Virus record (IMG/VR): IMGVR_UViG_3300020577_013366
Length of the DNA: 64,000 nt
From: an uncultured virus (IMG/VR IMGVR_UViG_3300020577_013366)
Taxonomy: Duplodnaviria > Heunggongvirae > Uroviricota > Caudoviricetes
Strand: one strand, 5' to 3'
Numbering within the stretch: the first letter of the stretch is position 1; each line of letters opens with the position of its first letter. Position numbers and translations under genes: made by a program. The notes beneath the pieces are model-generated. The model was not told where the DNA came from. It ran no database searches and saw only the letters and a list, made by a program, of their open reading frames with translations. Positions 9,437 through 17,969 of this stretch are shown here, in pieces.

Positions 9437-10087
9437 TCAACCTGCCATCTTCCGCGCGGCGATCAGCGTGGCGAGCGTGCTCAAGGCAGCCGGGCTGTCC
9501 TTGTCGCCCCAGTAGTTCAAGCGGTCGAGGTAGGCCGGGTGGTAGGCGATCAGCAACGCCGCGCCCTCCACGGTCATCGCCGGCTTCGGGGTGAACTCGA
9601 ATGGCCGCGGGAGCGACAGCGGCACGGAGAGCTCCTCTCCCATTTTCAGCGCGTGCGGCGACACGCACATGAGCGACCCCGCTGCGTAGGCTCCGAGGGC
9701 GACGATCACCCGCGGCGCGATCGCTATGAGTTGCTCGGTCAGGTGGGTGTGGCAGGTCCGCACGGTGGCGAGGCTGGGCTTGCCGTTGCGGGAGCGGTCG
9801 CCGGGCTGTCCCGGAGGCCAGCAGGCGACCGCGTTCGTGATGTAGACCCGCTGCTCGGGGAGGCCGGCGCGCTCGAGCAGATCGGTCAGGAGGCGGCCGG
9901 CGGCGCCGACGAAGGGCCGGCCCGCCGCGTTCTCCTCGGTTCCGGGCGCCTCGCCGACGAGGACGATACGGGCGGTGGGGCTGCCCCGGCCCATGACAGG
10001 GGCCTTGGCGGTCGAGCGGAGGGAGCAGGCGGTGCAGGCCGCAAGCGCGGCCGCGGCGTCAACGAGGGTCGGGCGGGGCTGGTCCAT
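9437..10087 (-). CDS. udg: Uracil-DNA glycosylase, family 4 (4Fe-4S)
   Basis: CxxC, GEAPG..E...GRPFVG.AG, ITNAV.C.PP, HPAY motifs. Confidence 0.92.
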   Translation of the reverse strand: MDQPRPTLVDAAAALAACTACSLRSTAKAPVMGRGSPTARIVLVGEAPGTEENAAGRPFVGAAGRLLTDLLERAGLPEQRVYITNAVACWPPGQPGDRSRNGKPSLATVRTCHTHLTEQLIAIAPRVIVALGAYAAGSLMCVSPHALKMGEELSVPLSLPRPFEFTPKPAMTVEGAALLIAYHPAYLDRLNYWGDKDSPAALSTLATLIAARKMAG

Positions 10088-10122
10088 GCCGCCACCGTGG
10101 GGCGGCGCGAGGCCGGCGTCAA
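10088..10122 (-). promoter_or_regulatory. Sigma70-like leaderless promoter of udg
   Basis: TTGACG-N17-CACGGT-N6-ATG. Confidence 0.5.
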
Positions 10123-10177
10123 CGCGGCGAACGATTGTGCGGATCCGTCTGGCCCGTGTCGGGCACTCTACCGTCGC

Positions 10178-10528
10178 ATGCGAACCATCACCGTCCACGA
10201 CATCCCCGACCTTCCCACCCCCATCGTCACCGCCCGCGACGACGCCGGACCCGGCGGCGCCCCACACCTGTACGGGATCGCCTGGACCGGAGGCGAGCTC
10301 GAGCTGCATTTCCAGGAAGGCCCCCGCGGGGAGGTCGGCGAGAACGGCATCACCGAGCTGTCGCTGGTCGCCGTCCTCATCGACAGGCTCGAGGCGTTCC
10401 AGCGCGGCCCATACGCCTCGCAGGACAACGCGCAGGCGCTCGCCCATCTCGGCGACACCCGCGAGGCGCTGCTCAAGCGCCACCGCGAGCGTCTTGCCCG
10501 CGGCGTCCAGGGTACGTCGGCGGTCTGA
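10178..10528 (+). CDS. tad1: Tad1-family anti-Thoeris/anti-CBASS signal sponge
   Basis: GPGGAPHLY...FQEGPR...NGI....L...LIDRLEAFQRGPYAS.DNA.AL.HL......L.R...R.ARGV.GT matches Tad1 as recalled. Confidence 0.85.
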   Translation: MRTITVHDIPDLPTPIVTARDDAGPGGAPHLYGIAWTGGELELHFQEGPRGEVGENGITELSLVAVLIDRLEAFQRGPYASQDNAQALAHLGDTREALLKRHRERLARGVQGTSAV

Positions 10529-11062
10529 TCACCGCGGCGGACGTCGGTGCCCGCGCGGCATCGTCACAGTGAACGACGCGACCCAGGCGTGCAGGGCCTC
10601 CACCCAGTGCCCCATCTCGTAGCAGATCTCCTCGTCAGCCCGACCGCCGTAGAACGGTCCCTCCACATATTCCATGACCTCGTGGATCTCGGGCTGCTCG
10701 GCCTGGAGGCGGCGGACAAGGGCGTGGGTGAGCTCGTGCGCGACGAAGCCGAGCGTGACGGTGTCCACGCACAGGTGCAGCTTGCCCAAGCACGGAACGG
10801 TCCGCTGCCCCGCCGCCTTTCCAGCCACGAAGCTGATGATGGTCGGTGCGGGCTGGAACAGGCCGCCGACGTGGGGTAGGCCCATGCGCTCGCGGAACTC
10901 GGCCTGGCGGAACCACAGGTAGCAGCGGACGAAGCACCGCCTCCCGTTGCTCGCCTTTAGCAGCGAGGGCAGGCGGCACCGAGCGAGGACGCCCCGCCGC
11001 TGGTCGCGACGGGGCACCTTCTCCGGCCGGCAGGCGTACCAGGTCTGCGGCGGGTACTGCAT
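10529..11062 (-). CDS. HExxH zinc-metallopeptidase-like protein
   Basis: VAHELTHA plus downstream DEEIC acidic motif. Confidence 0.6.
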   Translation of the reverse strand: MQYPPQTWYACRPEKVPRRDQRRGVLARCRLPSLLKASNGRRCFVRCYLWFRQAEFRERMGLPHVGGLFQPAPTIISFVAGKAAGQRTVPCLGKLHLCVDTVTLGFVAHELTHALVRRLQAEQPEIHEVMEYVEGPFYGGRADEEICYEMGHWVEALHAWVASFTVTMPRGHRRPPR

Positions 11063-11063
11063 G

Positions 11064-12227
11064 TCAGGCCGCGGTGGGGCTCAGCCAGGCGACGGCCTCG
11101 AGCAGGTCCATGTCGTGGTTGCCCACCGACACCTTCCAGGTGGGGCCGCCGTCCACGCGGCCGACCCGGAGCTCCCCCCACGGCATCCCGGCGCGGCTGT
11201 GCTCCGCGCAATCGACGAGGGCACCCTGGCGGATCCGCCCAGCCAGCGCTTTGAGCACGCTGCCGAGGCCGGCCACGTAGCCGTTGATGTGCTCGACGAT
11301 CTCGCGCTCGCGCACGTTGCTGATGTAGTTGTTTTCGCGGATCAGGTGCGCCCACGCGCTCCGCAGACCGGCCAACGAGTTGCCCTTGTACCCGTGGTCG
11401 TGGGTGTTGCTCGGCTCCATCGACAGGCGCAGGCCGTCGCGGTTGTTTGCGATCCATGCGGCGACCGCCTTGCCAGCCTCGAGCGTCGCCGACCCCGCCA
11501 TGCGGCGCATGGTGCTCGACAGGTTGTCCACGGCGCGGTGGTGGACGATCGCGGCCCCGGCGATGACGACGAGCTCGGACCGCTCGCCGGCCTGTGGGTA
11601 CGGGAGATCCACCTCGTACCGCTGCGGGACGCGCGTGTCGCCGCTGAGCGAGTGCTGGACGGCGGCGCGCTTGAACTCCGCCAGCTCCGGATGGAGGTCG
11701 CGCGCCAGGTGTCCGAAGCTCTGCGTGAGGCCCGACCGGCGGGCCCACGCATCGACGATCTCGAGCGCCTCGGTCTGATCCATGCCGCCGTAGGCCACGT
11801 CGATGTCCCTGGGGATGGGGGTCGGCAGGCAGGATGGGTCGGCGGCGAGCCGGCGGGCGGCCTTGGCCGCGCTGCCGAAGATGACGCAGACCGGCGCAGG
11901 GGCGGTGGTGATCAGCGTGATGTCGTAGCCGATCTCCTCCACCATCTCGGCCGAGAGGACGACGCCCTCGGGCTGGCGCTTGCGGAGCTGCAGAGCGATG
12001 GCGGAGTCGCCCGGCTCGTAGACCATGGTGATGCGGTTGGTGACGACGGGGACGCCGAGGACGGTCGCGAGCACCTGCGCGGAGCCGTCGTGGCCGATGG
12101 CGGAGGTCAGCTCCTTGTGGGAGAGCGCGTCCTCGGCGAGGCGCCGGGCCTCGGCGCGGCCGATTGTGCGGGTGACGTAGCGGAGGCCGGGGGTGTGGCA
12201 GATGGGAGCGTTCAGGAGGTACAGCAC
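11064..12227 (-). CDS. AcrIII-1 (DUF1874/YddF) ring-nuclease domain fused to a nucleotidyltransferase-like domain
   Basis: YLLNA...SAIGHD...NRI...R.PEG.VL...IGY followed by IFGSAA...PRDIDV. Confidence 0.8.
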   Translation of the reverse strand: MLYLLNAPICHTPGLRYVTRTIGRAEARRLAEDALSHKELTSAIGHDGSAQVLATVLGVPVVTNRITMVYEPGDSAIALQLRKRQPEGVVLSAEMVEEIGYDITLITTAPAPVCVIFGSAAKAARRLAADPSCLPTPIPRDIDVAYGGMDQTEALEIVDAWARRSGLTQSFGHLARDLHPELAEFKRAAVQHSLSGDTRVPQRYEVDLPYPQAGERSELVVIAGAAIVHHRAVDNLSSTMRRMAGSATLEAGKAVAAWIANNRDGLRLSMEPSNTHDHGYKGNSLAGLRSAWAHLIRENNYISNVREREIVEHINGYVAGLGSVLKALAGRIRQGALVDCAEHSRAGMPWGELRVGRVDGGPTWKVSVGNHDMDLLEAVAWLSPTAA

Positions 12228-12295
12228 GGGATTCTCGTTTCGATGGGGGAACTGATGGGGCAGGATTGCCCGAACGGGTCCGCTTGCGCGGCGGG

Positions 12296-12469
12296 TCAGG
12301 AGAGCAGGTAGAGGGCGCCGACGTAGATGCAGCACCACAGCGCGGCCGAACCGGTGACGATAAGGTGCCAGCGCGCGTCGAGCTCGTGGACGATGTAGAT
12401 GCCGACGAAGCCGACAAATGGCAGGGCGCCGCAGAACAGCATGACGTCGTAGGGAGTCGTGGCGGTCAT
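12296..12469 (-). CDS. Small two-TM membrane protein
   Basis: Two hydrophobic segments; ATGA overlap. Confidence 0.55.
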   Translation of the reverse strand: MTATTPYDVMLFCGALPFVGFVGIYIVHELDARWHLIVTGSAALWCCIYVGALYLLS

Positions 12470-12882
12470 GCTTCCTCCCGGCAGTCGGCGTCGAGCTCCA
12501 GATCGCCGGGGAAGGCTGGCCCCTCGCGCTCGGGGTCGCCGACGTTGCGCAGGTTGCCGATGAGCGCGCAGAGCACGTCGCAGTCGTCGGCGGGGATGAG
12601 GTCGTCTTGCGCCTCGCTGAGCTCGGTCAGCTGCACGCGCCCGAGGGCGATGCGGCACATGAGCTGGCGGGCCGGGATCTCGCTGGAGCGCTCGTCTCGC
12701 GGGCCGAACATCTGATCGAGCACTTCGTTGGCCAGGTCGATGCCGCGCCAGTAGTCGTCGCGCCACAGGACGCGATGCTTGCCCGGCGGCACCTTCGGGT
12801 CCGGCGGGTCGGCAGGATAGTGCTCGAGCGCCGCGGTGGCGCCGGCCCGGATGGCGTCGAAGTTGATGGGGTGGGCGGTCAT
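12466..12882 (-). CDS. Hypothetical protein
   Basis: MTAHPINF start, coupled overlaps. Confidence 0.6.
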   Translation of the reverse strand: MTAHPINFDAIRAGATAALEHYPADPPDPKVPPGKHRVLWRDDYWRGIDLANEVLDQMFGPRDERSSEIPARQLMCRIALGRVQLTELSEAQDDLIPADDCDVLCALIGNLRNVGDPEREGPAFPGDLELDADCREEA

Positions 12883-13046
12883 TCGCCCCTCCGGTCCAGC
12901 GCGGAGGCCACCATCAACGCGCCTGGGAGGCCCGAGAATTGCCCGATGAAGAGCAGGAGCGAGGTGATGTACGGCTCGGCGAAGCTGGCGACGACGCCCC
13001 AGATGCACATGGCGAGGCCGAGGTACAGACGCTGACGGCGGTTCAT
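12879..13046 (-). CDS. Small two-TM membrane protein
   Basis: MNRRQRLYLGLAMCIWG, hydrophobic, coupled overlaps. Confidence 0.55.
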   Translation of the reverse strand: MNRRQRLYLGLAMCIWGVVASFAEPYITSLLLFIGQFSGLPGALMVASALDRRGE

Positions 13047-13678
13047 ACGCGAATCTCCGCCGGCAGTGTGAGGACGAGGTTGCCGAGACGCACCTCCTTG
13101 GTGGCGCCGATGTACCGCACCGGCGCCTCTGGCATGTCCTCGGGGGTGAGATCGCGGATCACGACGACCCGGCCGCGGGCTCGGAGCCGCGCGGCGACAG
13201 CATCGGCGCGGGCGAGCGCCTGCTGCCGGGTGTCGCAGCCGGTGCTCTCGGCGTGGCGAAGGACATCGGCGCGGTCCAGCCCGGTCCACAGGCTGCGGAC
13301 GGTCACCCGCGTCCAGCTGACGCACCACGGGGCAACCTCGAGGACGAGCTCCTCGGTCGGCGCCACCGCGGCCACGATGCGATCGAGCCACGGCGCGAGC
13401 GGGTGGGCGCCGAGCGGCTCGCAGCCCTCCCAGAGCTGGAACAGGCGGCGCAGGCCGAGCCAGGCGAAGGTGTGCCGGACGGCGGGGAGGAGGGGGCGCT
13501 CGGCCACGGGCTGAAACGGGCGCTCGGCGACGCGCTGCTCGGGAGCGGAGATGGTGACGCGGCGGCTGTCCGCGGTGACCGTGAAGTGCTCGTGCAGGAG
13601 GGTGCTGGGCACGGCGCGAGCTGGGCGAGGTTCGGGCTGGATGTCGGCGAGGAGGCCGGCGAGGAGGTCGATCTGCAT
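13043..13678 (-). CDS. Hypothetical protein, first gene after strong promoter
   Basis: ORF with overlap to next gene. Confidence 0.6.
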   Translation of the reverse strand: MQIDLLAGLLADIQPEPRPARAVPSTLLHEHFTVTADSRRVTISAPEQRVAERPFQPVAERPLLPAVRHTFAWLGLRRLFQLWEGCEPLGAHPLAPWLDRIVAAVAPTEELVLEVAPWCVSWTRVTVRSLWTGLDRADVLRHAESTGCDTRQQALARADAVAARLRARGRVVVIRDLTPEDMPEAPVRYIGATKEVRLGNLVLTLPAEIRV

Positions 13679-13779
13679 GTTGTTCTCGTGGGCCGAACCA
13701 GGCCCGGCCAGGGCGCAGAGGAGTAGTCGCAGCTCGGGGGCAATCGATCCCTCGGGCGTGTCGATTTCCCGACCCGGCG

Positions 13780-13820
13780 AAAGTAGGCGCTCCTCGCGTC
13801 CGCGTCAACTATTTATTTTC
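13780..13820 (-). promoter_or_regulatory. Strong sigma70-type early promoter with UP element (copy 1)
   Basis: GAAAATAAATAG-TTGACG-N17-TACTTT; 17 bp identical to 31422-31438. Confidence 0.8.
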
Positions 13821-14208
13821 ATGTTTCGCCGAGGTCGCCCAGGAGCCTGGCGAGCGCAATCTGGGTCGCGGCCAGCTCGGCATGCGGGTGGCCACGGTCC
13901 TGGCCGGCAGCCTTCAGGCGGGCGACCTCGGGCTCGATGTGGGCCAGCCGGCGCTCGAAGGTCCGGATCGCCAGCCGGAGCTCCGCCGGCTTGAAGCGCA
14001 CCGGCTCCCCCGGGATCATGGCGACCGCCTTGCGCAGGGCGGAGGCGCCGAGCCGAGCTCGGCGTGCGGCCCCGAGGATGGCCTGGGCATCGGCGATCGT
14101 GAGGTACAGGCCGCGGTCGGTGAGCCGAGGACCGTCCGCCCCAAGCTCCCGCGCCTCGGCCAACATCTCCTCGTCCGACAGGCCCTCGGGGTCGCGCGCC
14201 ATGTGCAC
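13819..14208 (-). CDS. Hypothetical protein
   Basis: Helical ORF in minus-strand operon. Confidence 0.6.
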   Translation of the reverse strand: MHMARDPEGLSDEEMLAEARELGADGPRLTDRGLYLTIADAQAILGAARRARLGASALRKAVAMIPGEPVRFKPAELRLAIRTFERRLAHIEPEVARLKAAGQDRGHPHAELAATQIALARLLGDLGET

Positions 14209-14211
14209 GGG

Positions 14212-14736
14212 CTACTCGTCCTCCGCGTCGTCGGGCAGCGGGCCGTACAGGGCCCGGCGGCGGACGACGGTCAGGCTGGCGGCGTGCTGCTCGATGGGCT
14301 TGGGCCAGACCCTCCGGACGGTCTGGCCGGCCTCGGGCGCCTGCACGTCGATGACCCCTGGCGGCTTGGGGCGATGGACCACCGGAGCGTTCCCGGCGGG
14401 GCGCGAGGCCAGCTGAGCCTTCAGGCGCATCAGCTCGGAGCTGAGCGCCTGCACCTTCCGCTCGGCATGCAGCCGGCCGTTGCGCTCCCGCTCGATGCGC
14501 TCGGCGTCGTCCTCCACCTCATCGAACAGCCCGCCTGCGGGGTCCTGCTCCCACGCTTTGCGGATGGCGATGCTGCCCGAGGCGGTGACCTTGGCCGGCT
14601 CGAACAGCGTGTGGATCGGGTCCGTGTTCGGGTCGAGCCCGAGCAGGTCGCAGGTGGCCAGCCAGCGGCGGGCGTAGTCGCGGGCGAGCTCAAGGTCGGC
14701 GAGCTCGTCTGGGGTGATCGGCGAGGTCACGGGCAC
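14212..14736 (-). CDS. Hypothetical coiled-coil protein
   Basis: ORF in operon. Confidence 0.6.
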   Translation of the reverse strand: MPVTSPITPDELADLELARDYARRWLATCDLLGLDPNTDPIHTLFEPAKVTASGSIAIRKAWEQDPAGGLFDEVEDDAERIERERNGRLHAERKVQALSSELMRLKAQLASRPAGNAPVVHRPKPPGVIDVQAPEAGQTVRRVWPKPIEQHAASLTVVRRRALYGPLPDDAEDE

Positions 14737-17018
14737 CTCGCCAGCTCGCTGCGCATCTTCGCCACGTCCATCTGGTCGATGTCGCTGCTGGCGAACCCGC
14801 GGGTGAGCAGGGCGTCCCTGAGCGCGACGATCTCAGCCGAGCTTGTAGGGGCGTCTGCAGCCGACCCACCCTCCCGCGAAAGCTCCACGCACATCGGCCA
14901 TTTTGTGCAGGCGCGTCCGCGGTAGTTCGCCAGCGAGCGCATGTCCTCCACCATGCGCTTGCCCGCAGCCTCGATGTCGAGCTGCGCCAGGTCCACGCTG
15001 ATATCCGCGGCGGTCGGGCAGTCGGCGCTGGCCTGCAGGGCGGCGAGGTTGCTGACGAGGGTGGCGAGCTGGCGGACCCTGGCGAGCGTCGCGTTCCAGG
15101 TGTCCTCGGTGTTGCCGACTTCCAGCCTGATGAGCCGGAGAACCTCCTGCGCGCGCTGCAGCAGAAATCCGGGCGAGTGGATGACGGTGACACCGTGCCG
15201 CTGCTTGTGGTCCTGCTCGAACGTCAGGACGGCCACCACCTCCTCCAGGATGGTGCCGAGCCGCGCGCCGCTGTGGTTCGTGGCGAGATAGTGGGCGACA
15301 GCGCCCGCGGCGAGCTGACCGCGAGCGCCGTCCTGCTTCACGAAACCCGCCAGCGAGGTCGGCGGGTCCGCGTGCTGCGGCCAGCCGAGCACGTTGCAGA
15401 TCTCCACCCACCGGCGGGCCTGCTGCTTCTGCTGGGTGCGCTCGCGACCAGCACGCTCTGCCGCAGCGACGACCTGACGGTGCCGCGAGTCCTCATCCGC
15501 CAATTTATTCCGCAGCACCTCATTCGTCTGCTCCAGCTCTGCCGCAACCTCGCGCAACTGGTCGCCTTCGTTCGGTCCGGCTTTGTCGAGCAGCTCGAGC
15601 AGGTCGTGGACCTGGCCGGTGAGCGAACTGCCGGGGACGCGCAGGCGCGGGTGCTCGGCGAAAAGGAGCTTGATGTCCTCCACCTGCTGCATGGCCGCGG
15701 TCGCCCGCATGACCACCGCATCGGGGTCCATGCCGGTGCGCCAGCCGAGGCGCTCGAGCGTGGTCTTGTGCGCGGCGACAGTTTGTTCGGTGAGCATCTC
15801 CGCATCCTTCGCGCGAGCATTTGCCTCGTTTTTTTGGTGGCGCATGGCCTCGTAGACCGACTGGTTGATGATGGCGCCAGGGGCTGGCTCGCGCGCCCAC
15901 AGCAACGCGAGAACGTCGTGGAGATCTGGCTGGGTCCTGGCGGAACTGCCTGGTTTGAGCTCGCCCAGCGCTGCGCGGAGCGTGTCCTGGAACATCTGGC
16001 CGCCACCGTGGGTGTCGATGAAACCGGCGATATCGCCAGGAGGATCCTTCGTGGCGCAGATCCCGAGAGTGGCGCAGATCGACTCCCACCGATGGGTCTG
16101 CGTGCTCATCCAGCGGACCATTTCCACTTCGTCAACGAGGTTGTGGCGGAGTTTTGGGTCGATCGATGCGATGGTGGCCAGCTTGGCCTCCAAATCTTGT
16201 GTCTGCTTGGCCCGCTTCGCGGCCCGCTGGAACACATCCATCGGATCGTCGCCTGGGTGGTATCCGCAGAGCCACAGCGCGTGCCCGACCTGCTCGCTGG
16301 TGAGCGACCATTCTCCTTCGCCGCTGAGCACACCCAGAAGGTGTCGCCACGCGCTGCGAATCGCAGACCCCGGTGATGTGAAGTCGGCCGACACGTGCTC
16401 CTCATGGGTCCATGTCCACGCGCGCGTGGCCGGGGCGACGTGGAGCCTCCTGCCAACCGGCATAGCCCCTTGCAGTAGCATGCACAGGTCCTCGTCACGT
16501 ATCTGGGTGGGGGAGCCGATCGACTGCGCCGCGAGGGTCGCCAGCCGCAGCAGCCGTGACTTCCCGGCGGCCTTGTCGGCCTCCTCTTGCTCGGCGAGCT
16601 CGGGATGGGTCGGCAGCAGGGCCTCGCGCAGCACCTTCGAGCTCTCGGCGATGACGGTGGCGAGCCGACCCATGGCGGCGGTGTGCTGGGTGAGCCGCTC
16701 GGCGACGCCCTTCACCATGACCTCGGCGAGGGCGACCTCCGTTGGGTGGGGGCCGCTGCTCAGGTCGAAGAACGGGCCGAGGGTGTTCTCCGCGAACCCG
16801 GGGAAGGTAGCGAGCTGGCGCAGGTGGCCGATGCTGGGGGCGGTGTGTTGGTTCAGATTCAGCGCCTGCGCCGCGAGCCTCCAGCGGATGATCGGCTGGA
16901 GGGCGGCCTGGTCGAGCTCGTCCCAGTCGATCTCGTCGGCGGGGTCGAAGCCGATCGCTTCGAGGAACAGGCGGAGCTCCGGTGGAAGCGTGGGGTGGGT
17001 GACAGGTTCGGGCGTCAT
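14727..17018 (-). CDS. Large helical/coiled-coil protein with internal duplication
   Basis: GAGGAG RBS before MTPEPV; repeated RW..IC..LG....DPP...AGF motif. Confidence 0.7.
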   Translation of the reverse strand: MTPEPVTHPTLPPELRLFLEAIGFDPADEIDWDELDQAALQPIIRWRLAAQALNLNQHTAPSIGHLRQLATFPGFAENTLGPFFDLSSGPHPTEVALAEVMVKGVAERLTQHTAAMGRLATVIAESSKVLREALLPTHPELAEQEEADKAAGKSRLLRLATLAAQSIGSPTQIRDEDLCMLLQGAMPVGRRLHVAPATRAWTWTHEEHVSADFTSPGSAIRSAWRHLLGVLSGEGEWSLTSEQVGHALWLCGYHPGDDPMDVFQRAAKRAKQTQDLEAKLATIASIDPKLRHNLVDEVEMVRWMSTQTHRWESICATLGICATKDPPGDIAGFIDTHGGGQMFQDTLRAALGELKPGSSARTQPDLHDVLALLWAREPAPGAIINQSVYEAMRHQKNEANARAKDAEMLTEQTVAAHKTTLERLGWRTGMDPDAVVMRATAAMQQVEDIKLLFAEHPRLRVPGSSLTGQVHDLLELLDKAGPNEGDQLREVAAELEQTNEVLRNKLADEDSRHRQVVAAAERAGRERTQQKQQARRWVEICNVLGWPQHADPPTSLAGFVKQDGARGQLAAGAVAHYLATNHSGARLGTILEEVVAVLTFEQDHKQRHGVTVIHSPGFLLQRAQEVLRLIRLEVGNTEDTWNATLARVRQLATLVSNLAALQASADCPTAADISVDLAQLDIEAAGKRMVEDMRSLANYRGRACTKWPMCVELSREGGSAADAPTSSAEIVALRDALLTRGFASSDIDQMDVAKMRSELARCP

Positions 17019-17050
17019 GCGGTTGGTCTCCTCGGCCGGCGTTCGGCCAT

Positions 17051-17128
17051 GGGTCGCATGGTGGCGGCGCCGGGGGCGAGCGTCAACGGGCTTGACGGCG
17101 GGCGCGGGCGTCCGCAGGTTCGAGCGGC
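17051..17128. promoter_or_regulatory. Back-to-back divergent sigma70-like promoters
   Basis: CGTCAA-cgggc-TTGACG core; minus TTGACG-N17-CACCAT, plus TTGACG-N17-CAGGTT. Confidence 0.55.
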
Positions 17129-17497
17129 ATGCCACCCATCCCGTATTCGTGCTCCGCCTGTCTCGCCCCCATCATCGCCTACAAGCCCCAGGACGACCTG
17201 TGCAAGAACTTCGTGGCGAAATGCCGATGCACCGCCGTGATGCTCGATCTGCTGACGCCGATGGATAACCGAGGCACCGCCCGCGCGTTCAACGTGTCGC
17301 GCCTCGAGGAGGTCTGGGGTCGCTTCGCCGGTGTCCTGCTTGATCAGGAGCGGTGGGTGGAGCCGCCGAAGCCGTGCTACCGCTGCAACTTCGAGGATTT
17401 GGAGGCCAACGTCGCGGCTTTCAATGCGGGCAAGGTGCACCTCCCCGGCGCCCACACCTGCGGGCTCGACAGCCGCCACCAGCCCGCCGCGAGCTGA
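17129..17497 (+). CDS. Cys-rich zinc-binding protein
   Basis: CxxC, CxC, CxxC, HxC motifs. Confidence 0.6.
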   Translation: MPPIPYSCSACLAPIIAYKPQDDLCKNFVAKCRCTAVMLDLLTPMDNRGTARAFNVSRLEEVWGRFAGVLLDQERWVEPPKPCYRCNFEDLEANVAAFNAGKVHLPGAHTCGLDSRHQPAAS

Positions 17498-17499
17498 CC

Positions 17500-17661
17500 A
17501 TGTTCAAGCTCCGCCTCGCCTGCGCCCTCCGCCTCCTCCCGTTCCTCGGCCCGCTGCTGATCGAGCGCGACCTCCTGCGGGTGAAGCTCCTCGCCACCGA
17601 GCTCGAGGCCGATGTCCTCCGCGCGCAGCTGGCCCGCGAGCGCCGGCCGGTGGTGCTGTGA
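17500..17661 (+). CDS. Small hypothetical protein
   Basis: Hydrophobic N-terminus plus coiled coil; GTGA overlap. Confidence 0.5.
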   Translation: MFKLRLACALRLLPFLGPLLIERDLLRVKLLATELEADVLRAQLARERRPVVL

Positions 17662-17969
17662 CCAACCCGGACGGCTGGCACCGCGGTCGCGGCGGCTGGG
17701 CGCTGTTCAAGCTCGGCTCCTGCGTGGCGCTGGTCGAGCCGGAGGGCGCCTCCTACCGCTGGACGGTGGCGCTCGGCGAGGCCGTGGACCGCCTCGAGGC
17801 CAACCCCACCACGAACGGCACCGCGGACAGCCCGCTGCTCGCGATGGAGCACGCCTCGGTCTGCTGGTCGAGCTTCTGCGACCGCGCTGTCATCTGCGGC
17901 AGCCTCTGCGCGGACCTGCATCAGCTCTGGGCGTCAGGTCCCACCAGCCCCGCCCCGGCTCTGCGGTAG
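17658..17969 (+). CDS. Hypothetical protein
   Basis: GTGA overlap with upstream gene. Confidence 0.5.
   Translation: MTNPDGWHRGRGGWALFKLGSCVALVEPEGASYRWTVALGEAVDRLEANPTTNGTADSPLLAMEHASVCWSSFCDRAVICGSLCADLHQLWASGPTSPAPALR

Noticed and set aside
9383..10177. Long N-terminal extensions of Tad1 (from 9383) and UDG (from 10483) in the ORF track
   Set aside because: They would overlap each other on opposite strands; motif boundaries and promoter spacing support starts at 10178 and 10087
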